Below, one piece after another: positions 1-12,500 of a stretch of DNA of 64,000 nt. This DNA comes from Klebsormidium nitens (taxonomy: Eukaryota > Plantae > Klebsormidiophyceae). The DNA lies in NCBI GenBank assembly GCA_000708835.1, contig DF237004.1, positions 131,480-195,479 on the forward strand, written 5' to 3'. The notes beneath the pieces were generated by a model. The model was not told the origin of the DNA. It did no database searches and was given only the letters and a program-made list of their open reading frames with translations. Position 1 is the stretch's first letter. The number at the start of each line of letters is the position of its first letter. The position numbers and the translations under genes are program-made.

Positions 1-2
1 AG

Positions 3-2390
3 GTTAAGCGGCAGAAGAGTGAGGGTGCGGCGGATGATATTAGCAAGGAGAGGGTCACGGGGTGGTCCGAGGACAGAAGTTTCCGGGGGAATAAGGGAAG
101 GTCTCCTGGGAAGAGTGAAAGCGAAGGGAGGGAGAGCGGGGGTTCGAGCAAGCGGGAAACGAGCGCCGACAGGGTGCAGGACTTCCAGCGAAGCCCTGCG
201 GTCGGTAAGAATGTTGACATTGAGAAGCAGCCCAGGACCTCTGATGGGGACCGGAAGCTGACGGAGAAAAAGGAGGAAGGCTTGAGTAACGATCGAAGGG
301 GTAGCGAGGACCGCAGAACTTCGTCGGTCAGGGCAGAAGCGAACGGGGAGGCGGACAAGAAGGTCTCGGGTCGAGATAGCTCGGAACCGCACAGGAGCGC
401 TTCTCGCAGTTCCCACGAGTTGCGGAGGTCTGAAGAGGGCGACCGGTCGACCAAGAGAAAGAGAGAGGACGACGCCAGGGGTTCGGAGGAGAGGGAGAAG
501 GAAGCGAGGGAGAAGGAGATGAGACACCGGGCGCTCCAGATTCTGGAGGCGGGCCGGCACAAGAAGCGGAAGGAGAGGGAAGAGCAGCGGAGAAACGACC
601 CCGGGGGGCATGAACCGGGCACGTCGGGGCGCGAGGGTCATCGGTCGGGTTTGCAGGGGGTGAGGAAGGACGGGAGGGACAAGAAAGCCCAGCGAAACTA
701 TCGGCGCCCCTCGGAGTTCGATGACAACGACGAGCGGTCTAGGAGTCGGAGCCAGGGGAGGGGCGATAGTTCCGAAGAGCCTCGACGGAGGAGCGCGGAT
801 TTATGGGACAAGCGCCCGCTGCCAGAGCCGAATGGAGTGGGAAGAACCGGGCGGGGCGGCCATCCAGTTCGGTTGGACGAAAAGGGCGATAGTTTCGAGC
901 GTTCTCGGGGGGGTTTGTGGGCTGACAGGGGCAACAAGCTCGGAGACGGGCACACACAGCCAAACTCTCGACGGGTGGTCGTTGGGCTTGGTGCGATCGA
1001 ACGAAGGCCGGACCTGCCGAGGTTTTCCGACCGGGACAGGGACTTCAGTTCGAGCAGAAACGCAGCACGCGAGTCTCCCGGGCCGCCGGGGTTTGAGAAC
1101 AGGGCCCCGGCGCCAAGGCCCCGTTTTGGGGGTAATCCGGAGACTTGGGTGGGGCGGCTTGGAGACCCCGACCGCGCTGATGGGCTGCAAAGGAGCGGAA
1201 GCGGGCCAGTCGTCAGCATTGGGGCGAGGCAGCCTTCCAAGTAAGTTCTGGCTTCTGAGTGCCAAGTTTGTGGTAATATCGTCGGCTGGAAGTCAGACTT
1301 CTGTGCTGTGTTGCAGCGTCTTGTGCAGAATCGGGGCGAGGGGCTTTGAAGCGTGATATTGTACCGAGGGGGTTTTGCAGCGCGATCGTTGTACGCAAGT
1401 CTGAGGTGCTTGTGTCGCCAAGTTGGCCGATATGTCAGCCGTTCAATCATCGAGCAAGTTATCACTGCACGCACGAGCTTTCTTCTATCTACTTGTCCGA
1501 TAGAATTTCTTTGAAAGTAGAGTCTGTGTATATCCAGCGTCAGTATGCAACTGTGTTGACGTGCCATAGCTCCTCGTTTTAAACTACAAAACTTTCAAAG
1601 ACCTCAAACTCGTCTCGATTCCCACTGTTATGTCCCGTGCAGAACGCTTGCTGTGAATAATTTGCCGGAGAACATCAAGTCAGGGCGCATTCTGGACATC
1701 TTCAACAAGTACGGGCCAGTGCAGGTAAGGCGCTGCCAACGCCTTTTCAAACAGTCGCAGGCACCTTTCAACCGTCTCGGAGAAATAGGCAGATGACTGC
1801 GTGGGACCATCTTTGGTGGGCGTGGATTGCTCTGTGTGATCGGAGCGAAGGTGCTTGCAATGGGTCGGGAAGAACGTTCTTTGATCCACGGGATCTTGTG
1901 GTTTGCTTCGGAAAAAATGCCCCGAGTTAGATCCCCGAACTGTGAGGCTGCCTCAACCCGCATTTTCCAATCAATGCACGTCAGCTGCGTCTTCTGAATC
2001 CACCGCATTCTTATCATCTGCAGCTAGTGCGGCAGACAGGGAAATCATCGGTCGAGGTCACTTTTCGAAGAGAAGAAGAGGCGAAGGCTGCACGCGCAAA
2101 TGTCCACAGGTAAGTGTGAAAATTCCACGTCTAATTCCGCTTGCTTGATTTCGACATAAATCTGACAAGAAGACTTTCCTTGGAAACCGTCAGATAGTAC
2201 TACCTTCCAAAGTCGGCGTCTCCCTGTTGTTGATGGTCCTGTCTTCCAATCACTCGGTGCAAGTCTTTTCAGGTGTGTTGACTTGTGACGATTTTTGTTT
2301 TTCGTGACCAATTTTGTTCTTCTTTCCAGGATGATCAAGTTGGAGGGCAAGGAGGTACTGGTAGAGTACAAGGCACCAGTCTCCGCATAG
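3..2390 (+). CDS. Arg/Glu/Gly-rich protein with C-terminal RRM domain, 5'-truncated at window start; exons ~3-1240, 1317-1352, 1643-1724, 2024-2109, 2330-2390
   Basis: The frame of ORF 174..1244 stays open back to base 3. Four GT-AG introns join in phase to give ...TLAVNNLPENIKSGRILDIFNKYGPVQLVRQTGKSSVEVTFRREEEAKAARANVHRMIKLEGKEVLVEYKAPVSA*, an RRM pattern (RNP2-like LAVNNLP, IF..YGPV, VEVTF...EEA..A, L.GK.V.VEY). Confidence 0.75.
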
Positions 2391-3543
2391 CATGTTCTGG
2401 GCTAGAACCTGACGTTATTGTCACGTCAGGACTGTCGTAATCGAGCAGCTGATTTTCCCACGCTTTCAATCAAAGCAGGTTTCTCTGACGTGGATCTGAA
2501 CAGTGATCACAACAAAATTCATTGCGGGTTTGCCAGCATCACCCGAGTCGCTTTCGTTGCTAGCCAACTCTGAAACCATGGACACACACGTGCAGTGCAT
2601 GTACATTTGCCCATCAGTGAGTCTTGCTGTTCATTAGTTTGTATGCAAAAGTTCCTAAATATATGGCCTCGCGCGCGGCATCCTCACTGAAGGCCTGCAT
2701 GCCCTTCCAGAGTGCTTTGTCCTTATTGATGATTCTATGAACAGAAAATTCCCATATGAGCTGTGTGCATGACCGTCGATCTGGGTCCGGCCATGTGCAG
2801 TGGCTAGGTTCAATGACACATACGTGGGCGCTGGGCCCGGCGTTATGTACGAACTAGAGGTAACGCGCGTTGGCTTGCGCAACATTTACCTACATTTGTT
2901 AGAGGCTGCCACATATATACATAATAGCCTAGCTACGTCCCGGCCAGCTGGCAAGCCTTATGATCATACATGACAAACATAAATATCACATGTTGCATGG
3001 GCTCATGTAACCTGGCGTGGCATGCAGCGATTGCAGTAATTGCTTGCAGAGGCCACCGCCAGACCAGATTGATTAATCTACCCGGATCGGGGCCAGGCAG
3101 TGCTCTGAGCCGGCTGTATGCAGTGATGCTTCTAACCTTCGACTTGATACAGTACGTCAGCAGACAGTACGTAGCTGCTGCAGGCTCGATCATATCACTT
3201 CATGTGCACATGCTGCTCCCAGCAATTAAACATGGTTGTTTGCATGGACTGAATGCATATATTCACAAACCGCAACGTTGAAAATTTTGCCCGTCTGCAC
3301 TTGGTGACCACATTGCTATTTATGCACTATCTGACATATGCGTGCTTCAGACTAGACTCGACTAAAAAAGCTAAAAGTATTTTAGGCGGGACTATTGACC
3401 GTCGGCTTTGCAAGTCATCGCTCCTTTGCTAGCGTAGGCCGAAATAGGGGCTTCGGTTTCCCAAGCAAAGCATCTTCGCAGTCCTCGTAAACGTCCGCCC
3501 CTAGCTGCGAGCAGATACGTCCATAAGATTCATTATCGGTCAG

Positions 3544-6477
3544 TCAATCGTGGCACTCAAGCTCCTGTCCCATTCGATACAGAGTCGTACGATGGCAACA
3601 GCACATCATGAAAAATACAAGGGCAGTTTCGATCCTAGAGTTGGAGCTTTACAGACGCCAAACATACTTATTGGCAAATGCAGACTGCGGGCGCCAGTAG
3701 ATTGAAAAGCTCTTGTATCAATGACGCCACCATGACCTAAAAACTGATGCGCTTCAAACAAGGACTCACCTTTACATGGCTGAACGTATGCCCAAGCTCC
3801 TCATTCTTCTTGGCTACCAAAGAAAAAGCTTCTTTAACTTCCTCAAGAGCCGCCCCATCCCTCAAAGCGGCCGCTTGTGTGATCACGTTTTGTGACCCTG
3901 TGCTTCCCAAGGCTGCGTTTCTTTGCTTCCAGTATGCCTCTATATCCCTCTGCTGAACCGCAGCGGTTGTTGCTGGTTTCTGCACACATTTGCAGTACCA
4001 CCCATGAAATGCAACCCCCCCCTTCTTGAGGATCTTCTTCAATATTCTCTATAGATACCCGCAGACATATCAGTACTTCTATTGAAGATCCGATTGCAAT
4101 GGAACATACTGAAAAGTCCGTTCGTTAAGCAGTTTCCTCGTGGTAATGTCTACTAGATCATTGGTGTTTGCTTAATAGTACTAAGTGTCTGATCCCAACA
4201 AATCAAAGCATGTATTTGAATTGGATTCGCCGCCCCGCCTAGTAATAGAACCAAATCAAACATTCCTGAGGAGATGCTACTTGTAGGAGCTACATTCTCA
4301 AGGCTTTTGTGCTGTGTCAATCAGCTTGTAGCCTACAGCAGTTTCTGAGATCCTAATGGTTGTACACAGCGCAGTGCTCTCTTTAAGGAGGCCTCCACCA
4401 ACTTGTGCCAGATTGCACGGGCTAGACTCGTTTGGAACGACATCTGGTGTGCCTCACCTTCGTTTCGTAATCCATCTTCTTTTCTGAAGGAGGCCGACCT
4501 GAAGATAGTTGGGAAGCCCTGTCAGCAATCGGATCAGTAACAAAGCAGGAAAGTGGTTGTAGCGATCAGTTTGAGTCTGCAGATACTCCCAAACTGTTTG
4601 AGTCTTCAGCAAGTGTAGGACCTGCTTCTGGGTCGAATCTGCAGGGGAAGCACCCTCTTCCATCACGTACGTAGGCAAAGCAGTCTCCGTGGACCCCACC
4701 CCACCAGACCATGTCAGGCTGTATGCTTAAACCAATGGATTTAGGAAGATTGCTACCTTGGATTTTGTTCCCAGGTTAAGCATGACGCGCTCGTTCAAGG
4801 TAGTGTACCTAACAACAACTGTCTACAATAGCCGTTGAAACTGCTCGTCCTTAACATACTGTGTGAGCAACACAGTCACTGACGTTCGGTTCTCTCTGCG
4901 TACTCACCAATTCAAGGTAGCTCGTGCTTTAACCGCTCACCTGGAACAAGAATCTTGTGCAGAGCTGGCCTCCATGGTTGCATCTTGGTTGAGCTCTGGC
5001 AGCATTCTCTGCGAGTCTGTCCAATCCTAAGAACCGAACCACCGACTTTATGCTCCTTGAATTCTTTACAGCCGTCAATTAGCTGTCGATGAGATACGCT
5101 ACCTAACGAGGAGCAACTTGCCCAGCTTGAAAGCTGGCCTGCAAAAGTGGAAAGCTTGTCATCACAGTCAATGCTTGCCTGAGTGTGGAGCTACGAGCTC
5201 AATTCTTGCTCAACGCATTGCTCAGCCGGCGACATTTCCCTGATACTCTCTTTTGCAATGCAGATGGCGAATTATGGTGGCCTTTGCGACTCTACTCATT
5301 GCTTCAGATAGACATGCTTTCGAGCTGGACTCAGCAACTTCTGATATATAAGGAAACAATCATGCTGACCAATGTGGAATGGGGTGGTACTGTCCAATCC
5401 AGTCGCAGCACTACATGGTAGCTGAAGTAGGTTAGCGTAGGACCTTCCACACACTTACCATAGGTACCTATTTACGGAAGGTGTGGGTAGGAATACCGTG
5501 CCTACGTGAGGCTACTCTACAGAGTACTGTAGCTAGGTTCGGCCGGCCTTTGAGGTTTCGGGATTACCCGTCGGCTGATTCGAAATGCTTCTATGGCCTA
5601 GTTGCATTGGTAACGCTTGGTAGAAAAGTGCCGGAAGCATTACTTATCGCCTGCGCGCGCGAATTGATAACAAGTCCTAATTCTTACAAGTCATGGTTGT
5701 GCACGGAGCTTTTGGTATTGAATTTACGAGGGGCGCATTCCAAACTTGAAGTGAGGATCTAGCAGATTTGTCTCAAACAAATTCTTGACGTTGGAGAGGA
5801 TCGTCTCTGATGTTACAGCATTGCCTGCCATGCTCAGAAGTCCATTTGATCGAAGTTCTGCCACAAAAATCACTGCAGGCCACAGTAGGTCACAGAAAAA
5901 GGGGACAGAAAGATCTATCGGAGAACATTGAGAGAATTTTATGAGGGGCGGGACGACTGGAACATAAAGGGACCACACAGTGAAGAGTGTAACGGGGAGC
6001 AAATACAAGGAGGAGTGTCGCAAGGGGCAAAAGGGCGTTCCTGCTTGTCTGGCACCTTGTGATCAGTTGCGTCTGCTTCAAGAACGGAACGTATGTAGGC
6101 CATAAGGTGCAGGAGAACAGGAGCAAAGAGCTTCCAAGATGGTAAGATTGAACGTTTGAGCCGCTTCAATGGATCTGCAGACAGTACACGGAATGCCGAA
6201 ATGTTGAGGGGCACGCTGCACTCGTCAACGCTCTTCTTTAAATCAAGGGGAAGGGCACCGTGCTGCAACTTTCATCTGAATCTGGTCATCGAAAGCTCTT
6301 TAGCAACAGTTCTGCATCCAGTCGTCCAAACTTTCAAAGCCATTCAAAGGCAGGGAATTGTGACGAAGGAGATGCAAAAGCGCCCAAGCAATCTTGCAGA
6401 CGATAAGATACCTGCTCAAGATCGCGCTATACATTTGACCTTTTGTTCTGAGCACCTACATCCCAGATGGACGCCAT
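3544..6477 (-). CDS. Putative multi-exon gene or pseudogene of unknown function, divergent from CFAP45; model incomplete
   Basis: Phase-compatible exons 6477-6456 (MASIWDV) and 6174-6056 (DPLKRLKRSILPSWKLFAPVLLHLMAYIRSVLEADATDHK). Exon 3979-3770 is bounded by CAG and GTGAGT (KPATTAAVQQRDIEAYWKQRN...HTFSHVK); an acceptor at 3564 follows. Middle exons could not be resolved. Confidence 0.35.
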
Positions 6478-6557
6478 GCTTAGCTCTTTTCAGGAAGTTT
6501 GAATCTGCTGTGCCTCAGCATTGTCAGCATTCTGACAACTCTGCTTGTCCTTCCTGA

Positions 6558-9500
6558 ATGAAGCCGGCCTCCGTGCGCTCCGACGCTACTCATGGGACGC
6601 AGCGGTCGAGCAGCTCCAAGACGCAGGGGAAGTACAAAGTGGTGAGAGCCTGGTTGACTACCAGCATGAACTCCCCAAGAACAATCGGGGGTCTGTAGTT
6701 TGGCCATCATCAGCTATTTTGTGCACATTCAATCAATGAACTTTGAAAGGAGATGCAACGGAAAGCAAGCAAGATATATTGGCAGTGGAAGTGAAAGGTG
6801 GAGGAGATTCTCCTAACAGTTGACAAAAACTCAATGCTTGCCTTTAGAGAGCGTCAAAGAAGACACTGCACGACTGTAACGTCCTTGCCTCTCACGAGCT
6901 TTGTTGCACTGTTGTCAGATCTCAAGGTCCAGCACTGTGGACGAGTCACTGTTTGGAAACAATGGCATGCCGGTGGTCACACGGAGCCCCACAAGAAAGC
7001 AAAAGGAGAACCAGGTAAGCAAGCTCAGGGTGCGCGCAATGAGCTCCCAAACCAATTGGTAAGCTGCACCAGCTGTTGGTGAACAGAGGCCTCCTGCTGC
7101 AACCTAAGCTTATACGGCCATAAGTCAGTGAAACCTTCCTGGACCAGCATCAACCAATCCTGAACCAACAAGCGAGTTGACAGCCTGCTGATTCAAAATT
7201 GAAGCTGACTTATCGAGAGTAGAATGAAGGTAACCAAAGTAGTGTTTTAATGTTGCTAATCTGTGGACAGAACGGATGCTGATACCACTTCTTGAAAAGA
7301 GCACTTGAGCTGCCTCCTCACCTGACACTCGAGTTTAAAAACAGATGATATATCCACACTGCAACAGGAAAACACGCGGAGTCGAAAAGGGGCAACTCAA
7401 AAGGAGGACACAGACAGCGTTCTCCTAACGAAGGGTGACATTCAGCGAATCAAGGTGAGAACGGTGTCCTTTACTTCTGCAGGATGCGCCGGCTGGGAAA
7501 CGACTGTCGTTGGGTAGGCAAGTCGTTTGTGACATCCAGTCAAAAACTCTCATCTTATCTCACTCGTCTGCTTTCGGTACCGCTCAGCTGTTGAATCCAG
7601 CTTCTCATGTTTTTGATTTATAAGTGCTAAAGGGTGGCTTCTCATCGATGTAGGGGACAGGGCTCATCACGAGCGCAGAAGAGAAGGAGACACTAAGATG
7701 TATGCACGAGACGCAGAAGGAGCAGGAGCGGGCGGTGTCTACCCAACGAAAGAACGCTATGCTCAAGGTGGGCCGAGTAGAAACCTTCCCAGAAGTCCTT
7801 GCAAAGCTGCCGCCTGTGACTCTGACGCTTCAGATGAGATCGTCAAGTCGGACGGCTGGAGATAGAGGTCTGCTGAACACTTTCATCGATACAATCAGAA
7901 TCTCATGAACGCGATCCAGGTCTGGTCAGCTTCTGATGAGTTAGGTTCGCTTGATTCTGCTCGTTTATACGAATTGAGTGTGCTGTTTGTCAAGTATCCA
8001 AAGTCTCTCAATCCGGTTCTGTCCCTTCTGGGCTTGCAGATGGAGGAGGAGAGGCGGAAACGAGCGCCGCTGACAGAAACAGACCGGCTGAAGCAGGAAG
8101 AAACGTCCAGGTAAGATATTTCTATGCAAGTACTTTTATGTCGAGGCCTTGATAGAGTTGTTTTGCACGCTGCCGCGTGACCATCCGAAAGTTCAGAGGT
8201 TCCTTTTCGTGGCTGTCATGGAGCGGACTGAGTGCATTTTCTTCAATGCTGCTACTCTGCAGTGACTATTGATTGGCTGTTGAGCATGTGCAGTAGATAA
8301 AACATAACGGCCAGCATCGCAAGCAGCTAGGCGAGGTTCTGACGAATTCTTACTGATTGCATAAGTTCGTCTCAACCAGCGCCGGCTCTACTACGGCGTG
8401 CAGCATGTGTAAGGCCCCACTCAGCGGGTTAAAAAGAGGCTCCACGAATTGTTCAGGGTTTGTTCAATCCACCCTTTCCCGATGCAGCATTCTGTCGGCC
8501 GCCAACCAGCAGCTAGACGAGCAACTAGACGAGGTGAAGCGGATGAATCAGATGATGCTCTACTCCAAGTGCATGACCGTGAGGGACAAACAGATCGAGG
8601 AAAAGGTGCGTCCGGCCATCTGAACGCTTGTCTCATCGATTGTTCCGATGCTCAAGACGAGGTGATATGTTTGAAGGTCCAGCACCTGCTCTGCACCTAA
8701 GTCGAAGTGACTGGGTCTCCAAAACCCTGAGCGCCAGCAGAAACACGTTTCTTCCCAAAGAGACACTTTCAAACTGTTTTCTTAAGGGATGACATTCCTT
8801 GATCATGCTTCTTTCAAATGTGGCTCTTCGGATGACAGCTTCTTACCTAAAACTCTTAAGGACCCAGGCTGGATGGTTGTTCCGTTATCATACCTCCCAG
8901 ACCTGTTACTGACATGTTGATTCGGATATCATTCGGTTCGTTCCAACCGCCGCTTCACATGTATCTCTGCTTTCGAATAGAGCTGCACGGATTGGTTCGT
9001 TTATCTCCTGGCTGGCCTGTACAAAAGATTGCCGTCCTGTAGTGATTGGAAACGGTCCCGCTATCGTTGCAGAGAAGAATCAAGGAACAGGAGGAAGCAG
9101 AGACTCGGCGTCTAGACGTTGCAATGGAGGCAGATCGGCGCAGGGCACTTGAGGAATACGAAGAGAGGGAGAGGAGGCGCGTCGAAGAGTTCAAACAGGG
9201 GAAGAAGGTCATCGAGCTTCAAATCGAGGTCAGTGCACTCTCAAAGCCGCGATTACTCGTTGTGGATTCCGAAGACTTCGGCCTTGATTTTTGTTCGTGA
9301 GTCGGGTTTGGAACGTACTTCAGGACCTTTCGGGAATCGTGCGACGCACAAGGATAAAGTTTAACACCTATAAGGATCTAAGAGCTATAAGACACGCCCG
9401 GGGAATGGGTGGGTTGGTATGGTGGTTAGGGTGGGTTCGGGTGCCAAGCGCGTCATGTTTGTTGGTTAGGTTTCTACTCAAATTGCCACCCCGAGTACTT

Positions 9501-12500
9501 TCTTACGGGTACTAGATCCTTATAGGTATTGAACTTGATGGGTGTTGCGACGCCAAGGATATGGGCCCATCTAAGCACAAAAAAGCTTACACCGATGAGG
9601 ACTGCTGGTGCTGAAATTGCCAGGGGATTCTTGAAGTCTGTTCGACCCACGGGATGCATTGCCATTAAACACAGGCGGCAAAAGGCCGGTCCTGAAAGGT
9701 CGTGGCAAAAGACGACACGTTTCCACCGCGAGCGCCTTCTTACGCTTCGATTGATATGTTGTACAGTCCTCAGCTCTGAGTACAGAAGATGAGGGCCGGG
9801 AGCCTTGCGAAGTGATCTCTCTTGACGTGTCGCCGTGCGGGATGACCGGCAGGAAACGGGCTATCCAGGTTTATCACAAAACTCGCAAACTTTTCCTTCA
9901 AAGCACAAAAAGTCAAGCGTTGACAGCAATTCACGTTCTAGAAGTACGAGCTTAGATACCAGGTGGCATCGAAGGCTAGTTTTCCACGATTTAGCACGAT
10001 TTAGCACCAAATTAGAACAAATGCTACCGGCTGAGAGCTAACCCCTCTGCGGGTTATCTCCTTGGTTCCAGGAGCGCAAGCTGGAGCGGCAGCGGCAGGA
10101 GGAGCGTCCAGCCGTGCCCGACACGATCGAGCTTGAACGGAAACGATAACCCCAGCGGTTCAACCCAACAATAGCAAACTTTGAGCTCAAGCGTCACGGG
10201 TGAATCGCTAACCCCCTAACGGTTATTTTTCAGGAGCGCGAGCTGGAGCGTCAGCGGCAGGAAGAGGTCCTCGCGCTGGAACGCCAGGCCGTGCTGGACG
10301 CGATCGAGCGCAACAAGGCGGAGGAGCTGCGCCAGATGCAGGAGCGGCGCGACGCGGGCGCGCGGCTGCTGCAGGCAAGCCTGCGCGCGCGGACCGCAGA
10401 CTTGCTCCAATGGCACTGTCACAGCGGTCCGACGTGTAGTTTATGAAGTGCAATCAAGAGGGCGACCTGAACTTCAGTCTTAGCATCACATAAAGTGTTG
10501 GCTGCTAACCAGGCTGATTAAGAGACTATTCTCCTGTGTTATGAAGCAGATTCGATGCTAGCTTTGACATTGTGCCGCCCAAGTGTGTTTATTGGACGTT
10601 TCACCACTTCCTAACCACCCATCAAGAACTCAGAACCATTCATGTCAAGGGCGAAAAAATCAGAAGCAAACACGTGTCCAGACGTCTGTTATAACGGAGA
10701 GATCTGGACCGTCCAACCGTTATGCTTGACAAACTAGACGGTAGTGACAGCAAAGACTTCTGTCCCCAGCATACTGGCAACGTTCGCTTGAACCAACAGT
10801 CACTTGAAATAAGATCCAAGTCACCGGGAAAACAAACAAAAAAACCTAACCCAAAAGATGACGCGCTCCGCACCCGAACCCACCCTGACCACCAGCCAAC
10901 CCCATCCGTCTCCCGGGTGCCTATCTTAGTTCAAGCGCCTGATAGTTCAAAGAACGTTGCCAAACTGTCCCCAGCCAGCTCTCAACTCTGCGGTCCGCCT
11001 GCAGGAGGTGTCGCGCAGCAACGCGGCGCTGATTGAGCGCAAGAAGGCGCTCGCGGCCGCGGAGCGCGAGGAGGAGCTGCGCATCGCGGCGTACATCGCG
11101 CAGAAAGAAGCGCGCGAGGCGCAGGTCGCGGAGGAGCAGGAGCGGGTCAAGAAGGACCGGGAGCGCGAGGTGGCCAGGCTGCGCGGGATGCAGGTGCGCG
11201 CGTTTTAAAAAACATTGAGGAGATGGGCTGGTCGTCTGTTTTGTGGCTCTCTCAGAGCCCCTCAGAATCGACGAGAGGAAGACCGCTGATTGAACTCACA
11301 GAGCTTCAAAACAGGCAATCAGATAGAGGTTAGATGCATCCTGCAAGTGATCTTTGGGGGATCAGAGTCGAAGAAAGGATTGTTGTGGAGAAGATTGCAC
11401 TCGTACAGCGCCGGAGTAATATGAGCAGTCATCGTCCGGGGCAACCCAAGTACGCCGTCCTTAAGGAGCCAAGGAAAAGTCTTTCCAACATTTGGCTTCA
11501 CAACCTTTCTGCAGGAGAAGGCCAACGACAAGCAGGCCGAGATCGACGCGCTGCGCGCGCAGCGCACGCAGGAGGCGTACGAGCGCGAGTGGCGCGCGAA
11601 GGAGCGCGCCGAGGCGGAGCGCGCGCGGCGGCTGAACCAGGAGCTCGCGGAGGCGCGCGAGCAGCAGAAGGTCCTCAAGATGAAGCAGCTGGCGGACTAC
11701 GCGCAGGCAGAGCAAGCCGAGTTCTACAGGATCATAGCCGAAAAAAGAGGTGGGGACGATAATCTTCTCTGGTCTCTCGAGGGTACCCGGCATTTTCATA
11801 GTGCCTGATTGTCATGACGCTTACAAGCAGAGATTGAGTAACTGCGAGCGTCGTGTGGAATGTGATTGGTCTGGATACTGCTTCAGATCAGCTGAAGTGA
11901 CTCCCGTTTCTTTTAGGCGCGTTGGCAGTCGAATCGAGAACTCTTCGCGCCCATAAGACGAGACTTTCCGACCTGCGGGGTGGTGAAACACAAACGCGAA
12001 AGGATTCTTATCAGATCCGTCTACTTCCTCTCCCCTGATTCGAGAATCAAAGCGACAAGTTTTAAGGGCTGTGTCGCTCTAAATTTCACGTCTAGGCGAA
12101 CCGTTTCCATCGACCATTGTACAATCGCCTATCCACCTTTGGACTGACCACACACTTTACCTTTCCATCGCCCCTCCATAATCAATCCCTTCTTGTCAAT
12201 TCTCCGTATAACCTCCTGCTCGCGTGCAGAGATGGAGAAGCGCGAGCGCGAGCTGGAGCAGCAGGCGCAGCGCAAGGAGGTGGAGCACAAGGAACAGCTG
12301 AAGCTGCAGATCGCGCAGCGGGAGGAGGAGCGGCGGAGGGAGCGGGAGGCGCACCTCAGAGAGGGGGATAAGATCAAGCAGAAACTGCAGGCGGAGAAGG
12401 ATAAGCTGGAGAGGATACGGATGAAAAAGCTGCAGGATCTGGAGAAGGAGGGCGTGCCGGAGAAGTATAGGGCGGAGCTCATGACGAAGAAGCTCATGAA

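Noticed and set aside
6930-7330. Open minus-strand frames (LSTRLLVQDWLMLVQEGF...; MSGEEAAQ...) first read as a transposon remnant
   Set aside because: They are antisense to CFAP45 exon 2 and intron 2. The plus strand carries the conserved VDESLFG motif and explains the region.
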